This document shows positions 25,701 to 38,008 of a DNA stretch of 64,000 nt, in pieces. The stretch is from Octopus sinensis (taxonomy: Eukaryota): assembly GCF_006345805.1 (NCBI RefSeq), contig NC_043002.1, positions 18,228,001 to 18,292,000 on the forward strand, written 5' to 3'. The position numbers and the translations under genes are program-made. Position 1 is the first letter of the stretch; each line of letters opens with the position of its first letter. The notes under the pieces are model-generated. The model saw only the letters and a program-made list of their open reading frames with translations, searched no databases and was not told where the DNA came from.

Positions 25701-26202
25701 CAAGAAACGCATGCCATCGAAGTGACATTGGGGTACAAATATACGAAGCCCAATATACCCGTCTGATAACGGTACCCCATGTACATACATTATAACCATA
25801 TATGCGTGACATGGTGATCTCATATTAATATAAGCAGCGCATGACCTTGCACCTGGGGGGCCACTTAGAATTTTATTCTGGTCGAGTAGCCCATCCTACT
25901 CAAAAGATTCCTAAATTATATTTGTTTAAAGATGATACAGGAGACACCTATATTTCCAGCCGTGAATTATTCAAAACTCAAAAATTCCTCTCAAAACATG
26001 GCCATGACGCCCCCACCCATTACTTCTGCTCTCGATCAGAGATGCACTTAAGGGACATACTTAAATGGTTAAGGTCAAGCAACAGACAAGCAGATCTGTT
26101 GTATTGAGCACAATATTTGCTGTAGTTCGTCTTTTAGACCAAGGCATGGTACATGGTAACACTTCCAATCAGTTAAGATCAGAAGCCATGAGAGCCTCTG
26201 CC
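25701..26202 (-). mobile_element. Family F, diverged copy
   Basis: Colinear with 10932-11485; short ATT runs on both sides. Confidence 0.8.
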
Positions 26203-26211
26203 TATTATTAT

Positions 26212-26810
26212 CATTAAGGTGGTGAGCTATCATGGGAAGCACTCCGTCGGTTACGACGACGAGGGTTCCGGTTGATCCGATCAACGGAACAGCCTGCTCG
26301 TGAAATTAACGTGTAAGTGGCTGAGCACTCCACAGACACGTGTACCCTTAACGCAGTTCTCGGGGATATTCAGCGTGACACAGAGAGTGACAAGGCCGGC
26401 CCTTTGAAATACAGGTATAACAGAAAAAAAGTAGTAAGAGTGAGAGAAAGTTGTGGTGAAAGAGTACAGCAGGGATCACCACCATCCCTGCCGGAGCCTC
26501 GTGGAGCTTTAGGTGTTTTCGCTCAATAAACACTCACAATGCCCGGTCTGGGAATCGAAACTGCGATCCTACGACCGCGAGTCCGCTGCCCTAACCACTG
26601 GGCCATTGCGCCTCCACAATGGTGAGCTATCAGAATCAGTAGCACGCCAGACAAAGTGCTTAGCGTCATTTGGTTCAAATTCCTAAGTCCAAATTCCCTG
26701 GAGATCATCCCTTTGGCGTCGATAAAATGAGTAGCAACTCTCTACTGGGGTTGATGTAATTGAATATCCATTCCCCTCAAAAAATTGTTAATCCTGTGCC
26801 AAAAGTTTGA
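26212..26810 (+). mobile_element. Decayed SINE family C interrupted in its head by a B/tail-2 SINE
   Basis: AAGGTGGTGAGCTATCA resumes at 26620 as TGGTGAGCTATCAGAATCAGTAGCACGCC. Confidence 0.6.
26233..26619 (-). mobile_element. SINE, head B + tail 2
   Basis: Reverse complement of 5008-5391. 13-bp TSD TGGTGAGCTATCA at 26220-26232 and 26620-26632. Confidence 0.9.
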
Positions 26811-27039
26811 AACCATCATAATCATCATCATCATTGTCATCATCTTCATCATCATCGATCAAATTAGCTGTCAATGCGGAACTGGCATCGATGTTATTGA
26901 TTTGTCTCCTACTCTCCGTGTCTTCCTGACACCTAGAGCATAGAAACTCACTGTATACATTGATAGGTCATTAAAATACACACACCAGATTTCACAAAAT
27001 CAAATGTAGTAATGTGGAAAAATGTTATTTACCTATATG

Positions 27040-28620
27040 GTAATTGTTGTCGGAGGGACAGTGCTCTTCTCAATACGTGTGACGTACAACCTAAGGCAAT
27101 CTTTCGTGTTTCTTGCACAGATAGTAAGCCAGGTATAATTTTCGTATAATTTTCAATTCCTTTTTTCATCATTCCTAGTGCTCCTACAATCACCCATATT
27201 GTAACCGCCTTTAGATGCCATATTTTTTTCGATTTCAATGAGAAACTCTTTATATTTTCTGAGCTTGCCAAATTCTTTTGCCGAGATATTATGAACACAA
27301 TATTCATGTCGATTTCTGAACAGACTTCGTTATTCTGGTCTTTTGCAACAATATCCGGTTTATCCAGCTTTGATGATTCTGTCTGTATGCACTACAAAGT
27401 CCCATAGAATCAATACATTTTCTCCCTCAGTTACAGCTTAATGAGACAATCAATGCCGCCATTCAATTGCACAAGGTCTGATTCAGCCCAGATTTTCAGA
27501 TGTGCAGAAATTGGGAGGAACAGGTTACCAGCTTCACTCGGAAATGTGAGAAGCTGTCCCTGACAGGTTAAGCAGTGTTTAATCCTTGCACTGCCTCCGT
27601 CCATAACTTACTGCCTGATAGCCATGTCTTGTCCTAAACCTCTCTGACCAGTTTAGAGCGTCTGCTCTTCTCTTAGTTTTCGTGTTCACATTGTCCATCA
27701 AGCTAGAAGATGAGCTTGCTATGTCATGGCTGCTGATGCATAGACACGCTAAGGCAGTACAAATTGTAGATGTTTCAGGACATCGACAGGTATCCTCTTG
27801 TAAGGCACGCTTTTCTGCATGTCATTCTGGGTGAATAATGACCAAGATTAGTTGCCTGACTCATGGAGTGATGCCCTGCACTCTCTACAAAGCGGAAAAT
27901 TTAGCTGATGGAAGATTAACTTTAATAATATGTAAAGATCTAGAGGTGAGTAAGAGCGGTGCAGTTTTTGAGGTAAAGTTTACTCAGTAGTGCTTCGGAG
28001 AGAGAACTGCCGGTTAAGGATAAACACTTTACAGGCACCAGAAGTACTGCAAAGCGGGACTGTGCGAGATGCGAGCAAAGCGACGAAACCAAACAGCATG
28101 TAATTGTGCAATGTCTAAACACTGCTTGCTGAAGTTACGTCGAATAGCTTATGTCAAATGTTGGACAGATCTGCCAATCAGCCGAGTTCATCGCGAAAAT
28201 CGCCTCTCCACCCTTCCTTAACAAAGCTGGTTAGGTAATGTCCTTATGTCTGGATCTATGGCTGAAGAGGTTGTATGGTAAACCGGCTGAAAGGATTGAT
28301 AGCAGGCAACTTTCTCATCAGGCAAGCCCAAATCTACATTTTCAACTTAGCCTTGGAAAGGAAATGGAGGGTCGAAAATGAAGTATTCTCATCAAGCAAA
28401 TTTCTCAAAAGAGAAATGACTGCTGCGAAAATAGTTTAGGTAAATGAAGCTACTCTAAGCATGTACCTGGGGATTGGATAAATACCTCCACGTACATGAT
28501 AGGGCTCGTGCTGTTTGTGGTTACGTTGAACTTGGATCTTCGGGTTTCTTGCTTGACCCTAAATGAAGGCTCTCTAATATGAAGACTTCATTATATAGAT
28601 GTTCAGCAACGTGTATACCA
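27040..28620 (-). mobile_element. Heavily degenerate RLE non-LTR retrotransposon (3' half)
   Basis: ORF 27029-27307 has IWHLKAVTIWVIVGALGMMKK..SHVLRRALS. Upstream minus frames give KPDIVAKD and VTEGENVLILWDF. The high-coordinate boundary is uncertain. Confidence 0.6.
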
Positions 28621-28645
28621 TCTATACATCTATACAACTTGTATG

Positions 28646-28878
28646 CCTATTTCTTTACTACGCACAAGGGCTAATCATAGAGGGGACAAACAAGGACAGA
28701 CAAATGGATCAAGTCGGTTACATCGACCCCAGTGTATAACTGGTACTTAATTTATCGACCCCGAAAGGATGAAAGGCAAAGTCGACCTCGGAGGAATTTG
28801 AACTCAGAACGTAACGGCAGACGAAATACGGTTACGCATTTCGCCCGGGGTGCTAACGGTTCTGCCAGCTCATCGCCT
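28646..28878 (-). mobile_element. Full-length SINE family C, tail C1
   Basis: Matches 5604-5831. Imperfect flanking repeat TATACCATC.ATA.AACTTGTAT.CC. Confidence 0.9.
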
Positions 28879-29104
28879 TATATACCATCCATAAAACTTG
28901 TATACCATCACTCCTCTCTACTTCCGCTTCTTGTATTTCACTCTCACCGTTTTCATGTAAACACCCACACAAACAGTATACTATCTTTGAATGTCCCTTC
29001 AGAGGACATTCAGCAGCAAACAAAGGACATAGTTGTTGTTGGTGGTGATGGCGGCGGCCGTGGCTGGGGTGGTGATGGTGGTGGTGGTGGTGGTGGTGCT
29101 TGTG

Positions 29105-29148
<44 letters not shown>

Positions 29149-29298
29149 ATGATTTTATTTTTCTGCTACCGGTGGTGTAGTACTCCTATTGTTCTGCTAT
29201 TGATTATTTTGATGTTTATGACATGAAAACTGGGTGCTAAACTGAGTCGGTGAAGCAGAAATAGAGGGAGAAAATGAAAACTGAAATTGTACAAATAC

Positions 29299-29834
<536 letters not shown>

Positions 29835-31699
29835 AAAAGTTAAAGACAAAGGAAAAAATGGAGATGATGAGGATGATGATGATGGTGGTGGTGGTGATGG
29901 TGATAACGATTATCCTCATCACAATCATCGTCATGATCAAGAAAAACAGATCATGAAATAAAAAAAAAAATAAAAAACAGAATAAAGAAAAGCGCGCAAG
30001 TTTATGAATAACTTAGCAAAAACTGACAGCATAGTGTCAGTATCAACATGGCAGCCAATTTGAATGTAAGAATTTAAGAAGAATAGGATTGTAGTTTTCC
30101 AGAAAGGAAGAAAATAAAAAAAACGGACAAAAATGGTAGAGAATCAGGAGATAAAAAGAAAAGAGAGAGATGAGAGAAAGAATGAGATTTTTCAACATAT
30201 TATTTTTAAAGCTGCATACAAGATTTGATTTTCTGAGTTAAATAAGACACTTTTTATCTTCCTCACATTCGGTATTGTTAATATCATTTCAAAATGAATA
30301 AATATTTATTTTCTTTTGCCTTTGAAAGGCTTTTATAGCTCTCGAGGAAATAATATATTTAATGGAAATTTAGAGAAATATGTTTAATACAAATCTACCA
30401 AATACATTTTGAAAATACAGCGTTGTAAATTAAAATTTTTATAACATTTACATGTGTTTTCCATTTTATAAAGGGATAGAATTCTTCAGGTTTAGCTATA
30501 TGTCTTGCTTCAGTTAACTCGCGGGATATGATGTACAATTACATAAGGGAGCCACCGCATAGTGAGCAGAAGTGCTAGAAATAGCAGCCAAATCTCCCAC
30601 ACATTATCCCTACCAACTTAAAAAAGGAATGATTCATTATTATTGGTAATAATAGATATATATAAAAACAAGGAGTGATCACGGAGGAAATGTCATTTAG
30701 CACTGATCTGCTCGACAGAGCTTACTTAGAAGTGAATAAAGTTAACTAGTATTTATGGGAGCTAATGAAGGAGTTCTATGTGGAGTAGGTCAAGAAAATC
30801 CCACAAAATTTACATCACCCTAACAACGAAGCGTATGTCGTTTCCGTTGACGTTTCTCTCGTCATTTCTAGGCCTAGAGGCACCCACGCCTATTTGTCAG
30901 CAACTTCCTCACTAAATTTAACCAAGAAAGAAAGTATCTTTCTTTCCGAGTTAAATTTGGTGCAATCCTTCGAGCCTCGTCCACTACACAAAACTTTCAC
31001 TACTGCCAACAGACACGAAAAACACCTGCCTTCCCCAGCCAAAAGAAAACGACAGAATCCTCTTCATGGAGATCCCAACCGTTATCTTGATGCGTACTAC
31101 ACTCAAAAAGAGCGACAATATTCGCCGATCAGAAATGCTCGGAGGAGAGTGGATTTTCCAGAATGTTGTCGCGTTTCTTCACCACTAATCCCGTAGAAAA
31201 TACTAACTTGGAACTTCCACCTACCGCATTGAGAATCTGGTAGAGTGCTGGCGTGCCTGTAAACTTTCCCGATGCCAGGTGGTCAATCTTGGCCTTCACT
31301 CGACCCACGCCTGTAACTCCATGAAAAGCAAATTATGGAATTACGATAGATCATAGTATAGGAATATCTGTAGCTACCACAGTCCAGAGCTTGCCTGAAC
31401 ATCAGCATCTACAGGTTACAGAGCCCATATGCAATCTTACACAGCTAGGTAATTCAACATGGATCGTCAAGCCAGTAAAACTCATCCTCTTTCACAAGAA
31501 CAGAAAGAAAAGACACTTCAATCTGGTCAGAGAAAAATTAAAGCATAGCATGATGGTCAACTGGTAATAAATAACGGAGGAAATATATGCAATCACCACA
31601 TCGGCCTGATCTATCAGACATAGATTCATCTCAGCCCATTTCTCAATGAGACATATCATCTTAGTGAAATTAACTCTACTCTACAATACGATGCAGAAC

Positions 31700-31930
31700 A
31701 TGCATGAGAGGAAGAGAGCAGAGTACCAGAAATAAGTGGAGGACTGTCTTAGAAACGGGTGCATGACCAGGTGTTTTACGGTACGGAATGAGCGTTTGAG
31801 GATACGCACTCCTACCTTGAGTGTGATCTATGAAGTACTGGGCCATGCAAGATTGAGAACAGGAGGCATCAAGAACAACGTAGAGAGTTTTGAGAAAGCA
31901 TCTAGACGTTTCCGACAACACCAGGTGAAC
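31700..31930 (+). mobile_element. Possible HERO-type RLE retrotransposon C-terminal relic
   Basis: AEYQK*VEDCLRNGCMTRCF...IKNNVESFEKASRRF resembles my recollection of HERO-clade C-termini (KYxELVExCRxxGWxxRC...AEKASRWLW). Confidence 0.4.
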
Positions 31931-32351
31931 GGTGGTGCGGTAGGGAGAATAGAATGTCACTTATATTCACACCTAGGCATCATCAACCTACATCCAGTTG
32001 CCTGAATGAGGGTGTGGTGTGTTGTAAAACCTGAAACACCAAGTGACAGCAGGCTACAACACTGACAGTGTGTTCAAGTATTGCATTTCTAGACGGATGT
32101 CGAACCACTTGCACAAATAATTGTGCGTGCGTGCGCGTGTGCGTGTGAGTATGTCCGTATATGTACATGCGCGCACACGCACAGATACGCACACAACTAC
32201 ACACATGTATTATGTACGTCTAAGCGCCATATAAAAGTGTGCATAGCTATACAGACAATACATATATATGCGTAAGAAGCTACCAGTTATATGTGTGTTT
32301 ATATGTACACACACACGCAGTTTCTGTTTTTTTTATAGCAGAAAATTAGAC

Positions 32352-32353
32352 GA

Positions 32354-32393
<40 letters not shown>

Positions 32394-32529
32394 AGGAGGA
32401 AGGAAGGAAGGGAAGAAAGAAAGAAGAAAGAAAGAAAGAAAGAAGAAAAGGAAAGGAGGAAGAAGGAAAAGAAAGAAGAAAAAAGAAAGAAAGAAAGAAA
32501 GAAAGAAATGAAGAAAGAAAGAAAGAAAT

Positions 32530-32582
<53 letters not shown>

Positions 32583-32657
32583 AATGAAGAAAGAAAAGAA
32601 GAAAGTAAGAAAGTAAGAAAGAAAGGAAGAAAGAAAGAAAGAAGGGAGAGAGAGAGA
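32352..32657. repeat. (GAAA)n/(GGAA)n polypurine tract
   Basis: Direct reading. Confidence 0.95.
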
Positions 32658-34450
32658 GCGGTTTTGAATTAATCTTTGTATGATATGCTACGTGTGAGCT
32701 GTCATCAAATGTTTTTAGTGTCTGCGCCAGATTGAGACAAAAAAAACTTATCTTAGACAAACGTTGTCAAAACGTTCAGCTCTATGTCAAAAATATTTCC
32801 GATATACAAACAATAATACATCTTATTTCATAAATGTTTGTTGTTACTGTTATTGATGCCGTCATCGTCATATTATCATTTCTTAAATATTTTCTTTAAT
32901 ATCTTTTTTTTTTTTTCAATTTTGACTATGTATTTTTCTTTTCTATTTATTTATTTTTTCTTGTTTTTTTTTATGTTTAACGTTTCATGTTTTGTTTGTA
33001 TGAGTTTTTGTTTCTTCAATTATTTATCTATTTACTTTTGAAATGTGTTTACCTTCCGAAAAATAAAATGGACGAATAGATACAATGTATTGATACCTGA
33101 TAAAAGTATACGGTCTTAAATTTAAAGCAGAGATAAAAATCGAATAAATCCACTTCACTGGTGCTTAGCTTTTCTCTCCTTCTAACATCCCTGGAGGAGA
33201 AAGAAGCAAAGCTCATCAAAACGAGAAATGACCTCAACTCTTAACGAGTCGTAACCAAAAACCGGAAGTCTTTTCTCGACTATCAATACCATCGGCTACT
33301 ATACCATCCAAGGAAGGTGCTAAATATCAACGTAGAAATAAATACAATGCTTCTTTTAAGTATTTTGTTTCTCATTATTGTTCTTGTTCGTGTTGTTGCT
33401 GTTCTTCTCGCTGAAGTGTTGTCTTTTATTTTCTGGAAGAAAGACAGACGTAGATGAATGTCGCTTCACATTTACGAGTTTTGTAGTTCTCTTTTTCATT
33501 TTTTTCGGGTTTTTTTATATTCTTTTAATGTCTTACACATGGCTCTTTTCAAGACTCCTGATATCGACGAGATGAAGTAGGAAGCTATATTTAGACATAA
33601 GTCCTTGGCTTACAGATTTTTTAATTAATTTTGTTTTAAATAAACAGTTTCAAACTTCGTATGCTAACGGAATGTCTCACACAGAACACGGTTTACTTTG
33701 AACATTTTTGACAAAATTTGGTATTTTAGAAGTTACTTCGTGTTAAAGTTGTCGTGTTTGGGTAATTTCAACCAATCAACAACGTATATTCGGTTGAAGA
33801 AAGCTACAGCTGTTTGCGATAGTAATCGAAGAGGAACAACCTCCGGTTCATCTCTACTAAATGTCACCACTCTCTTCTATTTAGTTTATTGTTTAAAGCC
33901 TGTGTTGCATATTACACGCTTTTGGGGGGGGGGTCTCGCGTCAGAGTAACCAGTAAACATCGAAGTATCAACACCAAGAAGGTAGAAATATCATTTACAT
34001 ATATTTATTCGTTTGCCCGACATCGGTGTTTTATCCACGCATAAAGCGCACCGGTGTTTAAAAGACCTATAGAGCTACGAGTCTGCAGCGAGGTTTTTTG
34101 TTGTTGACGTATATGTACGTATATGTAGTTTCAAAGTGCCTTATTTTACAACTACGAGATGTATTGTTATTGCCATGAGTTCATCTTATTATAATCAACA
34201 ACAAACAAAATTAGATTAAAAATAACATTATCAAAACATGAATGTAACACAAAACAAATAGCGACATATACACCTGTAAATAATAACTGTAGTGGCAATG
34301 ACAATTTCGCTCGCTGGTTACTAGTTGACAATGTAGATGGGAGGGAAAGAGTAAGGAATGCACAGTACTGACTAGAAAGGATAAAGGATAAAGGTGGCAT
34401 CGTCTTCGTTCAACATACCAATAGAACAGAGTAGTGACATTTATTAGAGA

Positions 34451-34845
34451 CTAGCAGTATCGCCCGGCGTTGCTCGGGTTTGTAAGGGAAATAACTATAT
34501 AAGCATTTTTAGAGAGTTATAGCCAAAAAATAGGAAAAAAATGCATTAAAAATGGAAAAAAAATTAAGGTAAATTTCTTTTTAAATCGTTGACACATCGT
34601 AGATATTTTTAGAGAGTTACTTCCCTTATATAATAGCGAAAAAATGCATTAAAATGGAAAAATATGATGGTAAATTTTTTAAATCGTAGACTCATCGTAG
34701 ACGCGCGCTAATACCCAGAAGGGCTCGATATGACTCACGACTATAAGATACCCGGTTTTGGTTACACTGCACCGCAAAATGTGGGAGTAGTTAGGAATCT
34801 AAATCGTAGGAGACAGACACACAACTTCACTCTTATATATAAAGA
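34451..34845 (-). mobile_element. Small non-autonomous Helitron (395 bp) forming the 3' end of the composite
   Basis: 5' TCTTTATATATAAG, 3' hairpin + CTAG. An independent homolog lies at 54950-55346. Confidence 0.9.
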
Positions 34846-34952
34846 TATAAGCCACGTAGTTATATACATATACTTTGTTATATACGCATTCTTAAAAGAA
34901 AATGTTATTTTGAATACAACATTTATAAAGAATAAAATATTTTTGGTTTTTC

Positions 34953-35181
34953 TTAACCCTTTCGTTACATAATTCTGACCAAAATACACCCCTTATGTGT
35001 TTCAATTAATTTCTAACGTAATCATAAATTTAGTCTGGTTTCATTAAACAACTATAACTTTTTTAGTTATCAATATATTAATGTGATTTTTGGAAGATAA
35101 TTAATGAAATGTCCTCAACCAATTCTATACTATAATTTTTGTCACAAAGTGACTCTAATTGCAGGTAAATTCAACAATATA
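34953..35181 (-). mobile_element. piggyBac-like terminus (3' end of the element)
   Basis: TTAA + CCCTTTCGTTAC, the canonical piggyBac end pattern, lying downstream of the minus-strand transposase relic. No partner terminus found. Confidence 0.65.
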
Positions 35182-37703
35182 TAAAATTATTAAAATTTTG
35201 TTCAAACATCGCTATAGAAAATGGTTATTAGCTAATATTCAATTGGGTATACAACAAAATTTTATAATAGAATTTGTTATTCTGGGTAACTTTCTGTAAA
35301 ATTATTAAAATTTTGTTCAAACATCGCTATAGAAAATGGGTTATTAGCTAATATTCATTGGGTATACAACAAAATTTTACAATATAATTTGTTATTCTGG
35401 GTAACTTTCTGTAAAATTATTAAAATTTTGTTCAAACATCGCTATAGAAAATGGGTTATTAGCTAATATTCAATTGGGTATACAACAAAATTTTACAATA
35501 GAATTTGTTTTCTGGGTAACTTTCTGTAAAATTATTAAAATTTTGTTCAAACATCGCTATAGAAAATGGGTTATTAGCTAATATTCAATTGGGTATACAA
35601 CAAAATTTTACAATAGAATTTGTTATTCTGGGTAACTTTCTGTAAAATTATTAAAATTTTGTTCAAACATCGCTATAGAAAATGGGTTATTAGCTAATAT
35701 TCAATTGGGTATACAGCAAAATTTTACAATAGAATTCTGGGTAACTTTCTGTAAAATTATTAAAATTTTGTTCAAACATCGCTATAGAAAATGGGTTATT
35801 AGCTAATATTCAATTGGGTATACAACAAAATTTTACAATAGAATTTGTTATTCTGGGTAACTTTCTGTAAAATTATTAAAATTTTGTTCAAACATCGCTA
35901 TAGAAAATGGGTTATTAGCTAATATTCAATTGGGTATACAACAAAATTTTACAATAGAATTTGTTATTCTGGGTAACTTTCTGTAAAATTATTAAAATTT
36001 TGTTCAAACATCGCTATAGAAAATGGGTTATTAGCTAATATTCAATTGGGTATACAACAAAGTTTTACAATAGAATTTGTTATTCTGGGTAACTTTCTGT
36101 AAAATTATTAAAATTTTGTTCAAACATCGCTATAGAAAATGGTTTATTAGCTAATATTCAACTGGGTATACAACAAAATTTTACAATAGAATTTGTTATT
36201 CTGGGTAACTTTCTGTAAAATTATTAAAATTTTGTTCAAACATCGCTATAGAAAATGGGTTATTAGCTAATATTCAATTGGGTATACAACAAAATTTTAC
36301 AATAGAATTTGTTATTCTGGGTAACTTTCTGTAAAATTATTAAAATTTTGTTCAAACATCGCTATAGAAAATGGGTATTAGCTAATATTCAATTGGGTAT
36401 ACAACAAAATTTTACAATAGAATTTGTATTCTGGGTAACTTTCTGTAAAATTATTAAAATTTTGTTCAAACATCGCTATAGAAAATGGTTTATTAGCTAA
36501 TATTCAACTGGGTATACAACAAAATTTTACAATAGAATTTGTTATTCTGGGTAACTTTCTGTAAAATTATTAAAATTTTGTTCAAACATCGCTATAGAAA
36601 ATGGGTTATTAGCTAATATTCAATTGGGTATACAACAAAATTTTACAATAGAATTCTGGTAACTTTCTGTAAAATTATTAAAATTTTGTTCAAACATCGC
36701 TATAGAAAATGGGTTATTAGCTAATATTCAATTGGGTATACAACAAAATTTTACAATAGAATTTGTTATTCTGGGTAACTTTCTGTAAAATTATTAAAAT
36801 TTTGTTCAAACATCGCTATAGAAAATGGGTTATTAGCTAATATTCAATTGGGTATACAACAAAATTTTACAATAGAATTTGTTATTCTGGGTAACTTTCT
36901 GTAAAATTATTAAAATTTTGTTCAAACATCGCTATAGAAAGTGGTTTATTAGCTAATATTCAACTGGGTATACAACAAAATTTTACAATAGAATTTGTTA
37001 TTCTGGGTAACTTTCTGTAAAATTATTAAAATTTTGTTCAAACATCGCTATAGAAAATGGGTTATTAGCTAATATTCAATTGGGTATACAACAAAATTTT
37101 ACAATAGAATTCTGGGTAACTTTCTGTAAAATTATTAAAATTTTGTTCAAACATCGCTATAGAAAATGGGTTATTAGCTAATATTCAATTGGGTATACAA
37201 CAAAATTTTACAATAGAATTTGTTATCTGGGTAACTTTCTGTAAAATTATTAAAATTTTGTTCAAACATCGCTATAGAAAATGGGTTATTAGCTAATATT
37301 CAATTGGGTATACAACAAAATTTTACAATAGAATTTGTTATTCTGGGTAACTTTCTGTAAAATTATTAAAATTTTGTTCAAACATCGCTATAGAAAATGG
37401 GTTATTAGCTAATATTCAATTGGGTATACAACAAGATTTTACAATAGAATTTGTTATTCTGGGTAACTTCTGTAAAATTATTAAAATTTTGTTCAAACAT
37501 CGCTATAGAAAATGGGTTATTAGCTAATATTCAATTGGGTATACAACAAAATTTTACAATAGAATTTGTTATTCTGGGTAACTTTCTGTAAAATTATTAA
37601 AATTTTGTTCAAACATCGCTATAGAAAATGGGTTATTAGCTAATATTCAATTGGTATACAACAAAATTTTACGATAGAATTTGTTATTCTGGGTAACTTT
37701 CTG
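35182..37703. repeat. Tandem satellite, 22 units of 116 bp
   Basis: CATCGCTATAG recurs at 35207, 35322, 35437, 35552, 35668, 35777, 35893, 36009, 36125, 36241, 36357, 36471, 36587, 36695, 36811, 36927, 37043, 37152, 37267, 37383, 37498 and 37614. Confidence 0.97.
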
Positions 37704-38008
37704 ATACCCATAATAATATTTATGGCAAAATAGGCCTTAATTTCATTTAAGGTTGTGGGAAATAACAAACTATCCTTTCTTTCGTTTTCTTTACGTTTAG
37801 CGTAACGTTTCGTTTCTGCCGTAATGATGTCAAATGGGCTCATTCGAAAAAGTAAATAGAAATAGTCTAAGGCGTTACTCTTCTGGGAAAGTCTGTGGCT
37901 TGGTGCAGTTTCTTCAGAAAAATCACCGAAAGAAACAGTTTTTAAATTTTCACTCCATTCAGGTACCAATTCGTTTTCTTTATCGCTGTCGGATTCACTG
38001 TTTTCACT
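37679..38008 (-). pseudogene. piggyBac transposase N-terminal fragment
   Basis: SENSESDSDKENELVPEW...ALDYFYLLF..DIITAETKRYA..FPTTLNEIKAYFAINIIMGIRKLPRITN: acidic leader followed by the conserved IVxETNRYA / TTxxEIxxF..MGxxxLP pattern of piggyBac transposases. Confidence 0.85.

Noticed and set aside
33150-33260. Possible Penelope GIY-YIG tail (EAKLIKTRNDLNS)
   Set aside because: A single short motif with no supporting upstream domain.
35182-37703. CRISPR-like array
   Set aside because: Units are contiguous and near-identical with no unique spacers; no cas genes; eukaryotic context.
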